64,000 bases of DNA, taken from positions 682,001 to 746,000 of the forward strand of contig CP120459.1 of the NCBI GenBank assembly GCA_034226945.1, in the 5' to 3' direction. The stretch comes from Picochlorum sp. SENEW3 (taxonomy: Eukaryota). The position numbers and the translations under genes are program-made. Shown here piece after piece: positions 35,561 through 48,106 of the stretch. The notes beneath the pieces were generated by a model that worked only from the letters and a program-made list of their open reading frames with translations, did not search any database and was not told the DNA's origin. How positions within the stretch are numbered: position 1 is the first letter of the stretch; each line of letters begins with the position of its first letter.

Positions 35561-38500
35561 ATGCAGCCGTATCAAGGGGGTTCGGCAAGGGATGCTGGGA
35601 CTCGCGAGGGAGGGCAAAGGAGGTCTTCAGAGGAAGGTGCTGGTCCGTCCACGTCAGGTGGTGTTCAGCAGACGAGGCTCGGAGGTTTGAGCGATCGAGT
35701 GTATAATCATGCGATGCAAAGCCAGCCGCTTCAGGGTCATCCTCAGATGCCTGTTATGGGTATGCCGCAGGTATCTCATGGTCAACATGTGCTACAGAAC
35801 GTGGGTCAGCAGCAGGGTATACAAGAGATGATTACAAAGTACAAGCAGCAAATTGAACATAATATTGCGAGTGGACAGCCAGTATCGTCTCAGCAGTTGC
35901 AGCAGTTGCAAACATTGATGCAAATACATTCAAGGAGTACTCAGCAACAACAGTTTCCAAGCTATACTACGGTGCTGCCTCAAGCTGGTTCGAGCATGTA
36001 TCCCATGGTCGCAACGAGTGCTGGGGTGACTCCTTCAGGAACTATGGTGGTACCTCAGCACTATTCTCAGCAGTCTGCTCCGATGAATAGGCCTGTGTAT
36101 GTGAACACGACTGCCCCAGAGGTGCAACAGGCTAAAAGGCAAGCTGTAAGCAAATCAATGCACGAAGAGGCTGCGAAAATGGCATCCACTGCCTATCAAC
36201 AGTTGTATGCAAATGGAAAATTGGACAATCTGAGTAAGAGCGACCAGGAAGGGTTGGTGAAAAGTTTGTATCAGAGGGCAGTGCGACAGTTGACTCAAGC
36301 GTTATCTCAACCAGGTAGAGGAGCCATGAGGGTTTCAATTGATAAAAGAGAGAAAGCATCAGCTGATAAAATGTTCAATGCGGAGGATACAACTGCCACT
36401 GATCATGCCAGTGAAGTGATACAGCGTTGTGAAGAAATCACAAAGTCATTGAAGGCCCATGTTGGCGAAGGGAGCAATTTGGAATACAAACAAGTTACTC
36501 AGCAGCAGTTAATTGAAGCATGCGGAGATACAGCTCGATATTTAAAACCGTATCAAATTGTTGGAGTGAACTTTTTGATGCTGCTGTATCGTACAAATGT
36601 TGGTGGTGCTATTCTTGCTGATGAGATGGGGTTGGGAAAAACTGCTCAGTTGATCACCTATATCGGCGCAATATCTAGTTTGGAAAACGATAAAGGGCCT
36701 CATCTCGTCGTGGTTCCTGCATCGCTTTTAGAAAATTGGCAACGAGAGCTTCAGAGATGGTGCCCAAAGATGAAGTCTGTTGTATACTATGGGAAGCATC
36801 GATCAATCATTAGAAGGCGTTTGAATGATCTGAGGAGTCGACTACAGAAAGGGGAAACCATTGATGATGATTTGAGCGATCTTCAAGACCCTGATTTGCT
36901 GGCAGATATTGCTGCAAGTGAGAAAATGGCACGAGAGGCAAATAAGAATGATGATTGGGAGGATGATGATTCCAGCTTAGATGCCGGTGGAAATGAATCA
37001 GATGAAGATTATGATATGAAATATGACCAGGATGAGTCAAATGCTACAAGAAAGTCCTTTGTAGATTTGCCTCCACCGAACTGGGATTATTCTGCTTCAC
37101 TTCCTCCAGCCCCGTTTGATGTTTTACTCACATCTTATACGCTGTTTGAACGAAACAGTGTCGATCAAAGAGCTGACCGAGAGTTTTTAGAGAGTTGGAA
37201 ATGGAGCCATTTAATAATGGACGAGGCTCATGCACTCAAGAATAGAGAAGCTCAGCGAACAACAAGGCTTCGTAGAGTTGCAAATGTGAGTAGAAGACGC
37301 ATCATGATGACGGGCACCCCCCTTCAAAACGATTTGTTTGAGCTTCAAAACTTGATGCATTTCCTTTTGCCTCAGGTATTTGCATCCGAGAGTTTTGAGG
37401 ATCTTGCAGAGATGGTGAATGATGAGGCAGAGGTCCAAAAGTTGACTGAGAAAATGAAGCAGTTGTTAGGTCCTTTTGTTTTGAGGAGATTGAAGACAGA
37501 AGTCGCAGGGCAATTGACGAAGAAAAAGCATGCAACCGAGTTCATTGAGATGACTGAAGAACAAAAGGCCTTGTACCAGGCAAGTCTTGAAAGTATGAGA
37601 TCCCAGATAGCCTCCAAGGTATCTGACAAAGTTGTATCGGACTCCTCTGAAGGAGGCATGGAAAAGTTCATGAGATCTATTGGTGCGAAGAAGATCAATC
37701 ATATGTTCACCCATCTGAGAAAAATTGCTCAGCATCCATTGCTTATTCGTCATAATTACGAGGATTCAGAGGTCGAGGAAATTGCAAAGAAGGCAGTCGA
37801 ACACAATCTCTTTAGTGGTAATGCTACACTCAGAAAAGTAACAGACGAGTTGATGAGTTACAGTGACTTTAGCCTGCATGCGTTTTGTTATGGTGCTGGC
37901 CCAAATTTTGAAATGCATAGGCTCTCCAGCAAACATTTGATGACTTCCTCAAAATTCAAATTTCTCGAAGAATTGCTTCCAAAACTGAACGAAAATGGAT
38001 CGAGGCCACTAATTTTTTCTCAGTGGACTGCCGTGCTTGATGTTATCGAATGGCTCATGGAGGAGTTGAGATTACCATATGTCAGGCTTGATGGGTCAAC
38101 AGCAGTTGATGAGAGGCTTGCAACAGTTGATCGGTTTAATACAAGTGATGATGTATTTGCCTTCCTATTATCCACAAGGGCAGGTGGACAAGGATTGAAT
38201 TTGACTGGAGCTGACACAGTTATCCTGCATGATGTTGATTTTAATCCTCAAATTGACCGGCAAGCTGAAGACAGATGTCACCGATTAGGACAAACAAAAC
38301 CTGTCATGGTGTATAGGCTGGTCACCAAATCCACCGTGGATCAAAACATTTTTAATTTGAGTCAAAGAAAACTCAAACTTGATGCAGCTGTGCTGGATGG
38401 AATCACCACTGGAAGAGGGGCAAAACAAAGGCAAAATGCCCAAGAAAGGCAACAAATGGGCTTCATTCTCAGGTCATTGTTTGCAGGGGAAGAAGATTAT

Positions 38501-38647
38501 GAGAACATGGAAGGAGGGAAAAACTTTGAAGATGATGAGGTTATCAAAGAGTCCGTGGACAAAGGGCAGGAAAATGATAAAAAAATTGCGGAGGATGCAT
38601 CCCCATCCAAGGCTGTCAACGAGGTTGGCAATATTGCCAACTATTAA
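35561..38647 (+). CDS. SNF2-family chromatin remodeller, SMARCAD1/Fun30/ETL1 type
   Basis: Motifs 'LADEMGLGKT', 'MDEAHALKN', 'TGTPLQN', 'LSTRAGGQGLNL', 'FNPQIDRQAEDRCHR'; Gln-rich N-terminus. Confidence 0.9.
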   Translation: MQPYQGGSARDAGTREGGQRRSSEEGAGPSTSGGVQQTRLGGLSDRVYNHAMQSQPLQGHPQMPVMGMPQVSHGQHVLQNVGQQQGIQEMITKYKQQIEHNIASGQPVSSQQLQQLQTLMQIHSRSTQQQQFPSYTTVLPQAGSSMYPMVATSAGVTPSGTMVVPQHYSQQSAPMNRPVYVNTTAPEVQQAKRQAVSKSMHEEAAKMASTAYQQLYANGKLDNLSKSDQEGLVKSLYQRAVRQLTQALSQPGRGAMRVSIDKREKASADKMFNAEDTTATDHASEVIQRCEEITKSLKAHVGEGSNLEYKQVTQQQLIEACGDTARYLKPYQIVGVNFLMLLYRTNVGGAILADEMGLGKTAQLITYIGAISSLENDKGPHLVVVPASLLENWQRELQRWCPKMKSVVYYGKHRSIIRRRLNDLRSRLQKGETIDDDLSDLQDPDLLADIAASEKMAREANKNDDWEDDDSSLDAGGNESDEDYDMKYDQDESNATRKSFVDLPPPNWDYSASLPPAPFDVLLTSYTLFERNSVDQRADREFLESWKWSHLIMDEAHALKNREAQRTTRLRRVANVSRRRIMMTGTPLQNDLFELQNLMHFLLPQVFASESFEDLAEMVNDEAEVQKLTEKMKQLLGPFVLRRLKTEVAGQLTKKKHATEFIEMTEEQKALYQASLESMRSQIASKVSDKVVSDSSEGGMEKFMRSIGAKKINHMFTHLRKIAQHPLLIRHNYEDSEVEEIAKKAVEHNLFSGNATLRKVTDELMSYSDFSLHAFCYGAGPNFEMHRLSSKHLMTSSKFKFLEELLPKLNENGSRPLIFSQWTAVLDVIEWLMEELRLPYVRLDGSTAVDERLATVDRFNTSDDVFAFLLSTRAGGQGLNLTGADTVILHDVDFNPQIDRQAEDRCHRLGQTKPVMVYRLVTKSTVDQNIFNLSQRKLKLDAAVLDGITTGRGAKQRQNAQERQQMGFILRSLFAGEEDYENMEGGKNFEDDEVIKESVDKGQENDKKIAEDASPSKAVNEVGNIANY

Positions 38648-38715
38648 TAGTTGATTGACACCTAGAGCGCTATTCAAGTGTACATTTGATGGTCAGAATT
38701 GTAAACATTTATATT

Positions 38716-41700
38716 TCAAGATTGATTTGCTTTTATCGTTCTTAATTGCCAGTCTCCTAGTCCATCTGTCAATTTGAGCTCCATGTTATGATACTTGACA
38801 AGGGCAGTGCGCTGGGCAATTGTCACCAGATTTATACCAAGAGTCTCACTCGCATATTGATACAAACTTTCTTCTACATCAACGGACATAGCGTTCGTGC
38901 AATCGTCAAGAACAGCAAATATTGGCTTATGGAAAAACATTCGTGCCATTCCCATTCTTTGCTGCTCTCCCAATGACAAAACTTCCCCCCATTTCTTCTC
39001 AGTATCCCAACCACCTTCTCTTTCAATCAAATACCTCAATCTCACTACTCTCATAAGGTTATCAAGTTGAGAATCTAATTCATTGAGATTGCACTTCAAA
39101 GTCTCAAGAACATCCTTGACAGTGAGCGGATAGACAACCTGGTCTCTCAGGGTCCCAATCGTTGTGTAAGGCTTTTGCGTGACATAAAAAATTCCTCCAG
39201 GAGGTCCCCTGGGCGGTGAATGGATTTCCCCATCGCTCTGGGGCCAAAGGCCAGCTAAAATTCTAAATATACTTGTTTTTCCACTCCCATTAGGTCCAGT
39301 TATTAGAATTGATTTGCCCTCTGGCATTGAGAAAGACAACTTTCGAGCCATCACAACATTTTGTGGGGTAACAATATCGACACAATCAAACTTGATCATG
39401 GTTGAAGTTTTCTTCTCCCTATCTTCCAGAGATTGCATATCAAATTGATAAGCTTTTTCTATGGCGCTCATGGTATCGCTGACTCTATTTATGCTGCCTG
39501 AAATCTCCGCAAACCTTTTTGGCAAAGCCAGAATTTCACCAAATGCAGAGAAGCATTGAGTCACAACTGATGCCAAGTATCGCATCTGAAGCACAAGATA
39601 TCCTTGGAATTTAGAGTCTCCAAAGTCCCTCTGTTGATCGAGGGCATATAGCAGAGTTAATATCCAAGTCACAGAATGAGGCAACTGCTTTGCAAAGAAA
39701 TCATCAGCAGCTCCATATTTCCATTTCAGGCTGATCAGATTGGTCAAATGTCTCATCAGAGATCTGTATCCTTTGTCGATTTCACTTCCTTCTCTATGTC
39801 CACCACCGAAAAAGGCAATGGATTCTGCATGGCTTCTCAATCGCTCATGTGCTCCCCTGAAGGCACCCTCCAACTCATACTGATCGCTCAAAATTTTGGC
39901 AAAATCTGGTGTCACCATTCGGAGGCATCCATATCCCACAAGGGCATATGAATACAATATGATGGCACCTCTAGGACCCGTAAGATTCCATAATTGAAAA
40001 GAAAACCAGGCAATGTCTGTCACTGGCTTGACCAAGGTTGGAACAAGAGCTGCAAGATCTGTAGATAGTCTCTCAACATCCCTAGTAATGCTTTGATCAA
40101 CGTGCTTGAAGTTATGCAATTGACTAACACAGTAAGGACTATAACCTTTCAAATATTTTCTCAAAATAGCATTAGTTAGGCGAGATCTCCAAGTCAATGC
40201 GAGCCTATCTGCAACATGTCGAAGTGAAGGAGCCAGTACAGCGGAAGCAGCACTTTGTAGAACACTTTGACCGATCAGAAGAATGAATCCCTTCAAATTT
40301 TGGCGAAGTACAAGATCAACACTCCGTCCATTCAATTTTGCTATTCGATCCTGTAATAATGTTCTGAGAACCACGACTGCCGACACAGTAGCAACTTTCA
40401 AACCAGAGTCAGCTGGGTCACCCAAAATAACCTGCAGCACATTCCACCATTTTGATCGCAAGGACTTTCCTTCCGAGGCATGGAAGATTTTCCAGACGTC
40501 AGGAATGGGCGAGTCTTCATTGGGAGCTCGAGCAATGATTGTCTCACTGAAGCCTTCATTTCCATCTTCAAGCTCAATATCTGCCTCCTCATCTTTTGTG
40601 GTCATCCCTTTCAGTACTTCACTCACTTCCTTGGAGCGAACTCTCTCAACTGCATCCCTGTTTCTGTTTTGCTTCTTGGGGGATGACATGAGTTTTCCAA
40701 CATCAGTGCCGGCTTGCCTGTGTCCTGGGTGGATGCTCCACCCTCCTTCCCCATCAAGATTCAAGACAATATCATGGAATGCCATCAATGCGGGCCTGTG
40801 GGAGATGGTGATACATGTACAACCCATGTCTTTCACAGCATTACTGAAGCGCTCCTCCATTTCGACCGTGACTCCACTGGTACATTCGTCCAGAATTGCA
40901 AAGGAAGGTTTATGGTAGAATAGCCTTGCCATCCCAAGCCTTTGTTGTTCTCCAAGCGACAGAACTTCTCCCCAATTCACAACTTCATTACTTCCTCCTG
41001 ATCTATCCAGCAAATATTCCAAATCCACCGATTCTAATAAAGATCTAAGCTCCTCTTCTGGTACCGAGGTATCATCTGAATACAAGATAGCGTATCGTCA
41101 CGGACATGATAGAATAAATAGAAATGTACAAGCACTCAAAAAGTACAACATCACATACCTTTTGGAGACAAAGGATACAAAAGCTGTTCTTGAAGAGTTC
41201 CAACAGACACATATGGCTTTTGTGGAACGTAGAATATATCATGAGACAAACCTGTCTCATCACTTCCTCCTCCTGGCTTTTTAATGACACCGCTCGTCAA
41301 TGGCCACAGCCCCCCCAATACACGGAAAAGACTCGACTTTCCTGCCCCATTGGGACCAGTTACCAAAAGATTCACTCCAGCAGGAACGCGCAACGATAAA
41401 TCTTTCACTAGGGTTGTGTTTGCTGGGGTTACTACCGTGGCATTGACAAATTCAATGGAATCCTCGCTGACCTCGAAACGACCCCCTTGCAACACAGGCA
41501 CATCATTATCAGTTCCATCATTGGGTTGAATCATGTTACCAGATGCCGATATATTCCGCATAACATCAAAAGTTTCTTGAATCCTATCAGAATATGCTCC
41601 TAGTTTCAAAAATTTCCGAGAAGACGATCCAAGTGTGCCCAGAGCACCAAACAGAGATATAATCACAGACGTATGGTACCTCATGTTACTCAGCATCTGA

Positions 41701-42773
41701 GCTCGACCCATAACAGTTGCCTCTGGCCGCAAGTGACCACCGAAGAAAGGTCCAATGATTAAAGCTACGGCTACAGTCGCACCAAGGTACTTGAGCAAGA
41801 AATCCTGAACCATGAGGAATCTCCATTGCTTCCCCAACACCAATTTGGTATGCTTCACAACCTGTGAATACATATCCTTGATCAATGAGCCCTCTTTTTC
41901 TGTCCCATTGTAGAAAGCAACAGATTCACCGTTATGCATTAAACGGTAATGCATATTCCTGTACTCTCCTTCCAAAGATTGCTGTTTCTTGTACAATCCT
42001 CCAAAGTTTGGTGCTGCAACAGTCATGCATGCTCCCACCCCGATCACATACCCTAACACACTCATCGTATATCCATGGGTACCACTGTACTTTTTCAATT
42101 GATATGAGTAGAATGTAGCATCCACGCAAGCAGTAATCAACTCTTGCAACAATTCAGCCATACCAGCTGTCAAAAGAGGCACATCTTCACAAATCCTCTG
42201 ATCAGCCTGCTCGATTCGACGATCTACATAACTCATTTTATAATACATCATATCATTGAAGTATTTTTCATGCAGCTTGTCAGTCAACTGGTCCCTCCAT
42301 GTCAACTCAATTTTTGATATCCATCTCTTTGCTGAAGCCTCTAAAACTGCAGCAACCCCACATAGCAGCACATTCTCTCCTATATTCCTGATGAATAATG
42401 GAACTCGACGTAAAAATGCTGCTCGGAACAAGTATCCTTGCAATTTTGCCAATCTATTCGACAAAAGAGTCTTCATGATTGACAGCCCAATGAGCACAAT
42501 AATCTTCTCACTGCCCACCACCTTCATCAACATCATCATCATCTTTTTCAGCGATGATGCTGGCCTCTTCTTTTTGCTCTTCCTCTTCTGCTTGTCTGAC
42601 GTCGTCGACTCCTTGCTCGCTTTCGATGGATCATCGCCACGTATTTTCTTCCTGCTTGGCACTTGCATCTTCCCTGTGACATACCAACCCAGTCCCACAG
42701 CACCCACCAGTGCCGATCCCTGCAAAACTCGCCTCACAACAACCTTGTGCCGATCAGATGCCATCATTGCCAT
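38716..42773 (-). CDS. Full-size peroxisomal ABCD transporter (COMATOSE/PXA1-like)
   Basis: TMD-NBD-TMD-NBD layout with EAA-like motifs, two Walker A motifs (GPNGAGKS, GPNGSGKT) and 'LSLGEQQR' twice; intron 41158-41076. Confidence 0.93.
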
Positions 42774-43130
42774 ACCAAGGTGAGGAAAACGCCCGACACC
42801 CGAAACTTATGGTGACTTGAAACAAGATGAATTCCACGTCAGTCTCTCTTTTGAACCCCATCCATGATTCCTATGTAAAAATTCATTGAAAGCAATGCTT
42901 CTTCATCCAATTCATACACGCCATTCGATGAAATCGTGGCAATCGAGTTCTGGAGGATGCCCAATGTCGACACGAGGTCATCTCCTATTAAAAATGGCAT
43001 CAATGGGAGATGTTGTATCCGCGGTGTGCGCAGTCTCATCAGCCCCGCTGAAGCGTATACTCTCACGATTTCCTCTGCATTGCTTATTCCATTTATTCAT
43101 CAGGATTTTTTTAGAGTGTGTTTGACAGGA

Positions 43131-43823
43131 ATGATGATGACAAAGGCATTCCTTGTGGGTCAGGCCGTGGTGGCCTCCACTCCGGCCACACGAGGTACGT
43201 GGTGTTCTTGTGGATAGATACGCAGCGAAAGGGCAAGGGGCTGGTGCATTTGTACTTTATTAGTAAAATGTGCTATATGTGTAACGAGTGAGAGGGAATT
43301 ATTTCATGGCGACATGGATAGTAGAGACGAGTGTCGGCCGGTCAGGAAGAGAGGGGGACGGGTTCCTTATCGTTTGTATGGCTCATGATGTCTGATATGG
43401 TTGCAATTTGTGTTTTGTGTAGGATCAAGACCTCAGAGTGTGAATGTAGTGGCTGTATCGTCGACTCGTCGTTCTCAGTTGGCAAAGAGGCACAAGAGAG
43501 TCAGAAATAGTGTCGAGGGATCGACTGAGAGGCCCAGGTTGGCAGTGTTTAGGTCTAATAATCACATGTATGCCCAGGTTATCGACGATACTGCAGGAAG
43601 CACTCTTGTAGCAACATCTACTTTGAGTGCATCAGTGAAGGAAAAGTTGGGTGGAAAAGGAACAAATAATGCTGAAGCTGCAGCTGCTGTGGGAAGTGTT
43701 ATTGCCGAGTTGTGCAAAGAGAAGAAGATTGAAAAGGTCTGCTTTGATAGGGGTGGTTTCCAGTACCATGGAAGGGTTCAGGCTCTTGCTGATGCTGCGA
43801 GGGAAGGAGGTTTGAGCTTTTAG
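43131..43823 (+). CDS. Plastid 50S ribosomal protein L18 (uL18c)
   Basis: Transit-peptide exon, then '[20 protein letters not shown]' and '[24 protein letters not shown]'. Confidence 0.93.
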
Positions 43824-43898
43824 ACTACCAATAGATATTCATTTTCTAGAATCAATACCAGATAGATACAACGTCATGTTACAGTGAAAATAAATACG

Positions 43899-44560
43899 TC
43901 ACAAAAGACACAATCCCATTGCAAGGGCTGCTTCTTCTTCCGCTTGCTCCTTTTCCTTCGTGATCAATGCCCGAAGATTTCGCTCGATTTCGAGTTCTTG
44001 CCGCAGAACAAGCATACTCTGCTCCTTTTCTAAAAGTGCATTTTCCTTTGACATGAGTTCCAGCTCCTTCTGCGCAAGCTGAGCCTTAATCTCCTCTAGT
44101 TCTCTAATCCTCCCTCTCTTCTTTGAAACTTTTGTTCTTTGCTCATTCGTATCAGCAGGGGCATTGTCACTGGAAGGAAGAGAGTCTTCACTCTGCTGCT
44201 TCTCTTCTGGTTGAACGAGACTGATCTCCTCAGAAACTGTCGCATCTTGGGTACTGAACGATTGTAATTCTTCCTGACTACCTATTGCTGGGTTTATGCC
44301 AATCACGAGTGTCCCTGCACGCACATTATTTGTACATGTGTTTGCAATGTTGGACTGGGTACTGAAAATCGATAGTATGACGCACCAATACAGCACACTG
44401 AGAGGATATGAGCCTTTTTAATTAATCTAGATATTGTATCATGCAGTATATTCGCCGACAGGTGTCTTGAGGGGGTGTTCTGTCGAGAACAAGGTCGTGG
44501 AGCAACCTGCTGCGTACTGCGCCCAGTGACGACTCTCGTGCAATGTCGAGGTTGTAACAT
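43899..44560 (-). CDS. Uncharacterised coiled-coil protein, probably plastid-targeted
   Basis: Transit-like first exon MLQPRHCTRV..., one intron, and a C-terminal coiled coil ending 'EEAALAMGLCLL'. Confidence 0.6.
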
Positions 44561-44609
44561 TTTACAATTTTATATTGACATGCGATGCTTGCCTCGGAAA
44601 GAGAGTGAT

Positions 44610-47004
44610 TTACATGAGCGATTCTAGTCCCTGTTCCTTCAAAAAGTCATTTGTGTCTGGCAGAAATGCCTCAATCTCAGGATCCTTTTCAAAGAGGCCG
44701 GCTATATCAACGTTTTCGCTGCGAACCATCGATACCATCTCCTCCTGGCCAGATATCTCTTTAATTTTGACCAATGCTGATCCCACGAGCCCTCTCCTAG
44801 TCTCGGCACCTTCAATGCCCTTGGCCAAGGAGACGAGAGCAGAAAGAGAAGTAAAGTTCTTTGCGACAGATGTTCCCATCATCTCACCCAAAACTTTGGG
44901 GGCGGATGGTATATCAAGCATGGTATCATCAAGAATTTCAGTTTGTTTCGTGACAGCTCCCAGGACATCATCAAAGGAAATCACATTGTGGCTGACCAGT
45001 TCAATCACCAAACTTGCAGTCTTTGACTGCTCTGACATGCTTGGTAAATCATATGCTCTATTGATACCAATATCGACTAGAGTAGGGCCAAATCCTGGAA
45101 TAACAAGTTCTTGTGCTGCAGATACAGCTTCTGCCACATCATTGCTTGACAAATAGTCAGTGTACAGAGACTTGCTTAGGGATTCCCTATCCTCATCTGA
45201 CAAATCTGTCCTAGCAGGCCTGCAAATAAAACAATGTTGTAGCGATTAGTTTGGTACAATTGATGTATGTCACACCCTTGCTACTTGTATCATTGAGATT
45301 GACACAAAATGATATCGGACTTGATGAGTGTATGTGAGTATATGCAGGTTGTAGACCGATGTGCACCATCCACCAAGAGGCTCGTGTACTCGGAGAGTAA
45401 ACTGCAACATCAAAACAATTATACATAATGCATACCTTGTCGCAGCCCCAGAAGCCGCAGTTGTTTCTGTTACTGGCACAAATTCACCCAGCAGAGATGT
45501 GAATTTACCTTCATTCTCTGTTGCACCAGATGTCATAGCGCCCTTCAATGCTGGGAATAGTTCCATGTCATCTGGGCGATTTGGAGCTCCTGGAAGATTT
45601 TCCATACCAGGAATCAGAGGGGTGAGACCAGGAATCTCCACATCAACAATGCCAAGTTCTGCTTGGGCTTCTGTGCGAATCTCATCAAGCTTTTTCGCCG
45701 TATATGTCTCTCTCCTTGCAACCCAGTTCTGAGAACGGAGGTCGACAACATCCTTGACGACGAAACGAATACGTGGTGCATAGGATGTCGTGTTTGAAAG
45801 GCGAGCAAAGTGCTTGAAAATAGCATCCAGCTTTGTCTTGGAACGCGGTGTGGATTCTAAAGCTGCTCCTGCCACAGTCACTAACTCACACGCCGCCTCC
45901 AAAGAATCCTCAGGTGGATTATTCTCTGGCGGACCGAGTAGATCTGACAGAATAAGAAGCATGATTCTGTCATTCACCATACCCTTTTTGAATAATTCTG
46001 CAATCAGGCGCACATTACCTAACATTCTGTTCTTTGCCTTGGCCTGAATTTCTTCCTTATCTGCAGAGGAGGAATTTCCTGCAGCATTCCGTGCAGATTC
46101 TGTGGATTCATACTCCTCCTGGCATGTGTTTGCAAGCATCTTCCTAAATGATTCAGGCTTGCCATCTGGCCCTGTGAATTCTGGCAAAATAGAATCTAAC
46201 TCTGCGCACAAATTGGCATACATGGCGACAAAAGTTGGCTGCGCCACAGCATTTTCAAACACCAAGGTAATAGTCCCTTGCAAAATCTCATGATTGGTGA
46301 TCAATGGAATCAGTTGACCCAAGAGTCTCTCGAATTTCTCAGGAGTCAACTTGTTCAAAATTCCCTTCATCTTTCTCATCACTTGCTGAGATCCTGCACT
46401 CTCATCTCCAGCCGCCCAAGCAGTTCTACCTAAATCAGAAGCCCTTTGAATCTTGGACGCATCGCTTGGCTTACCATCCTTGTGTTTGCCCTTCTGATCA
46501 CCTGCACGAGCCCTACTCCTCCAATCCCTCTCATCATTCTCATCACCCGCAACTTTCTGAACAAGCTTTCTCTGAGCCTCTCTCTCAGGGTCCGAAGGAT
46601 CCAGAATAATCTCAATATTCCCAAACTGCAGCTCTGTAGGAATTCTGGTGTACCTCTGCAACACGTACACGTCACCTTGTCACTATCCATGGTCGAAACC
46701 ACATTCTTCACAACACATATACAACATACCTCTGCAAATTTCATAAGGAACTCTGGAGAATACTTGATAACTTCCCCACGAGGCTTTCTCTTTTCCTCGG
46801 TTGTGTTTGCAGACTCGGAGTCACGCTGCACATGTTCAACACCAATTATACATTATAAACCATGTATTTTAAATCATATTATCTTTACCATACCTTGTTC
46901 TTTAATCCCATACCCGCCCCATGGGCAAAACTGGCAAAAGGATTTACGCCGGCACCTGGTTTAAGAGACAAAGGTCTCAGACTGATATCTTCGAATGCCG
47001 TCAT
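44610..47004 (-). CDS. Translation initiation factor eIF(iso)4G
   Basis: N-terminal 'ISLRP', eIF4E-binding 'YSPEFLM', MIF4G 'KGILNKLTPEKF' and a C-terminal MA3 domain; four exons. Confidence 0.9.
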
Positions 47005-47350
47005 GTCCTCGTGTAATCTTCTACTAGATCAAATATGGAATTGAAGTGAAGATATACCCTCCGTGTGGGGAACGTTGCATGCATCGCCAAGAAGAAAAAG
47101 ACAGCGGCGCTTCGATGTGGACACTCGTCGATCGAGGTGGTCTGTGGACCGATGATGGCGTTCCTCATGATTCATGATTCCAATTCAATGGTCAAACTGC
47201 TCTTCGTGCTTGACAACTCATCACAGCCAACACAAGTTATAGTATGTACATGGGTGACCAGTTGGCCTCGCAGATCTATACATGTTACAAAGTTTATGGC
47301 AACACGGTGCCATCATCATCAATATGGACCACCTCCGAGTGGAGGATGAA

Positions 47351-47764
47351 CTATGATTGCCTTGGGGAGGGCATTTGTAAAGCCTTTTGGAACTGCACAC
47401 ACCATGTATGGTAACAATGATACTCTGATGAGATAGATTCCATGCACAACATGTACCGTACCATTGCTTGATTTTCATAATATGCACTTCCTGCTCCAAA
47501 GCCAGCGCCAAAGGCGGTCAATGCAGCTCGAGTGGATCCGCTCCCTGCAAAGGATAGCAAGAAGACGATGATGAGAAAGATGAATAGCCGTTGATGTATT
47601 CAAAAGCAGGTCGTACTGAATAAGACCATGGCTGTAATTCCACCAGCAAGTGATCCATAGACTACCTTGCGAAGGGTTGAATCCAAGGCAGCATCCCATT
47701 TCTCATCAATGTAATAATGACTACCCAATTTAGTATCAGAAGAAGTGTTTTGCTCGCTCGCCAT
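47351..47764 (-). CDS. MIC10: MICOS complex subunit Mic10
   Basis: 'DEKWDAALDSTLRK' and the glycine motif 'FGAGFGAGSAY'; three short exons. Confidence 0.85.
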
Positions 47765-48106
47765 GGTGGACCAGGACGCAGCGTCTACAGAACAATGTTC
47801 CAACTTTAAAAACCGAAGTCGACCGATTGATAACACACAGTATTGCCTCAATTACTACGATGTGTGTACTATGTTTTCTTATTTATTTTCCAGTTCGTTT
47901 GAAAAAAATACTACAGGAATGGCGTGCTCTGCAGGCGCTCTGTGTCCAGGCAAGATCTTGCAAGATTATTTTAAAGTATCGTAATACGGAGTTTTGGCAA
48001 CGGAATTGCTACACTGCACCTGTGTTTGTGAAGAACAAGCGTATAAAACGATTACATTGTATTTTATATGGCGATGGCATGGATATCATGAACTGATTGG
48101 TCACAG

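Noticed and set aside
43195..43422. Long intron in plastid L18 as a possible snoRNA host
   Set aside because: The TGATG and CTGA strings are adjacent and give no plausible C/D architecture.
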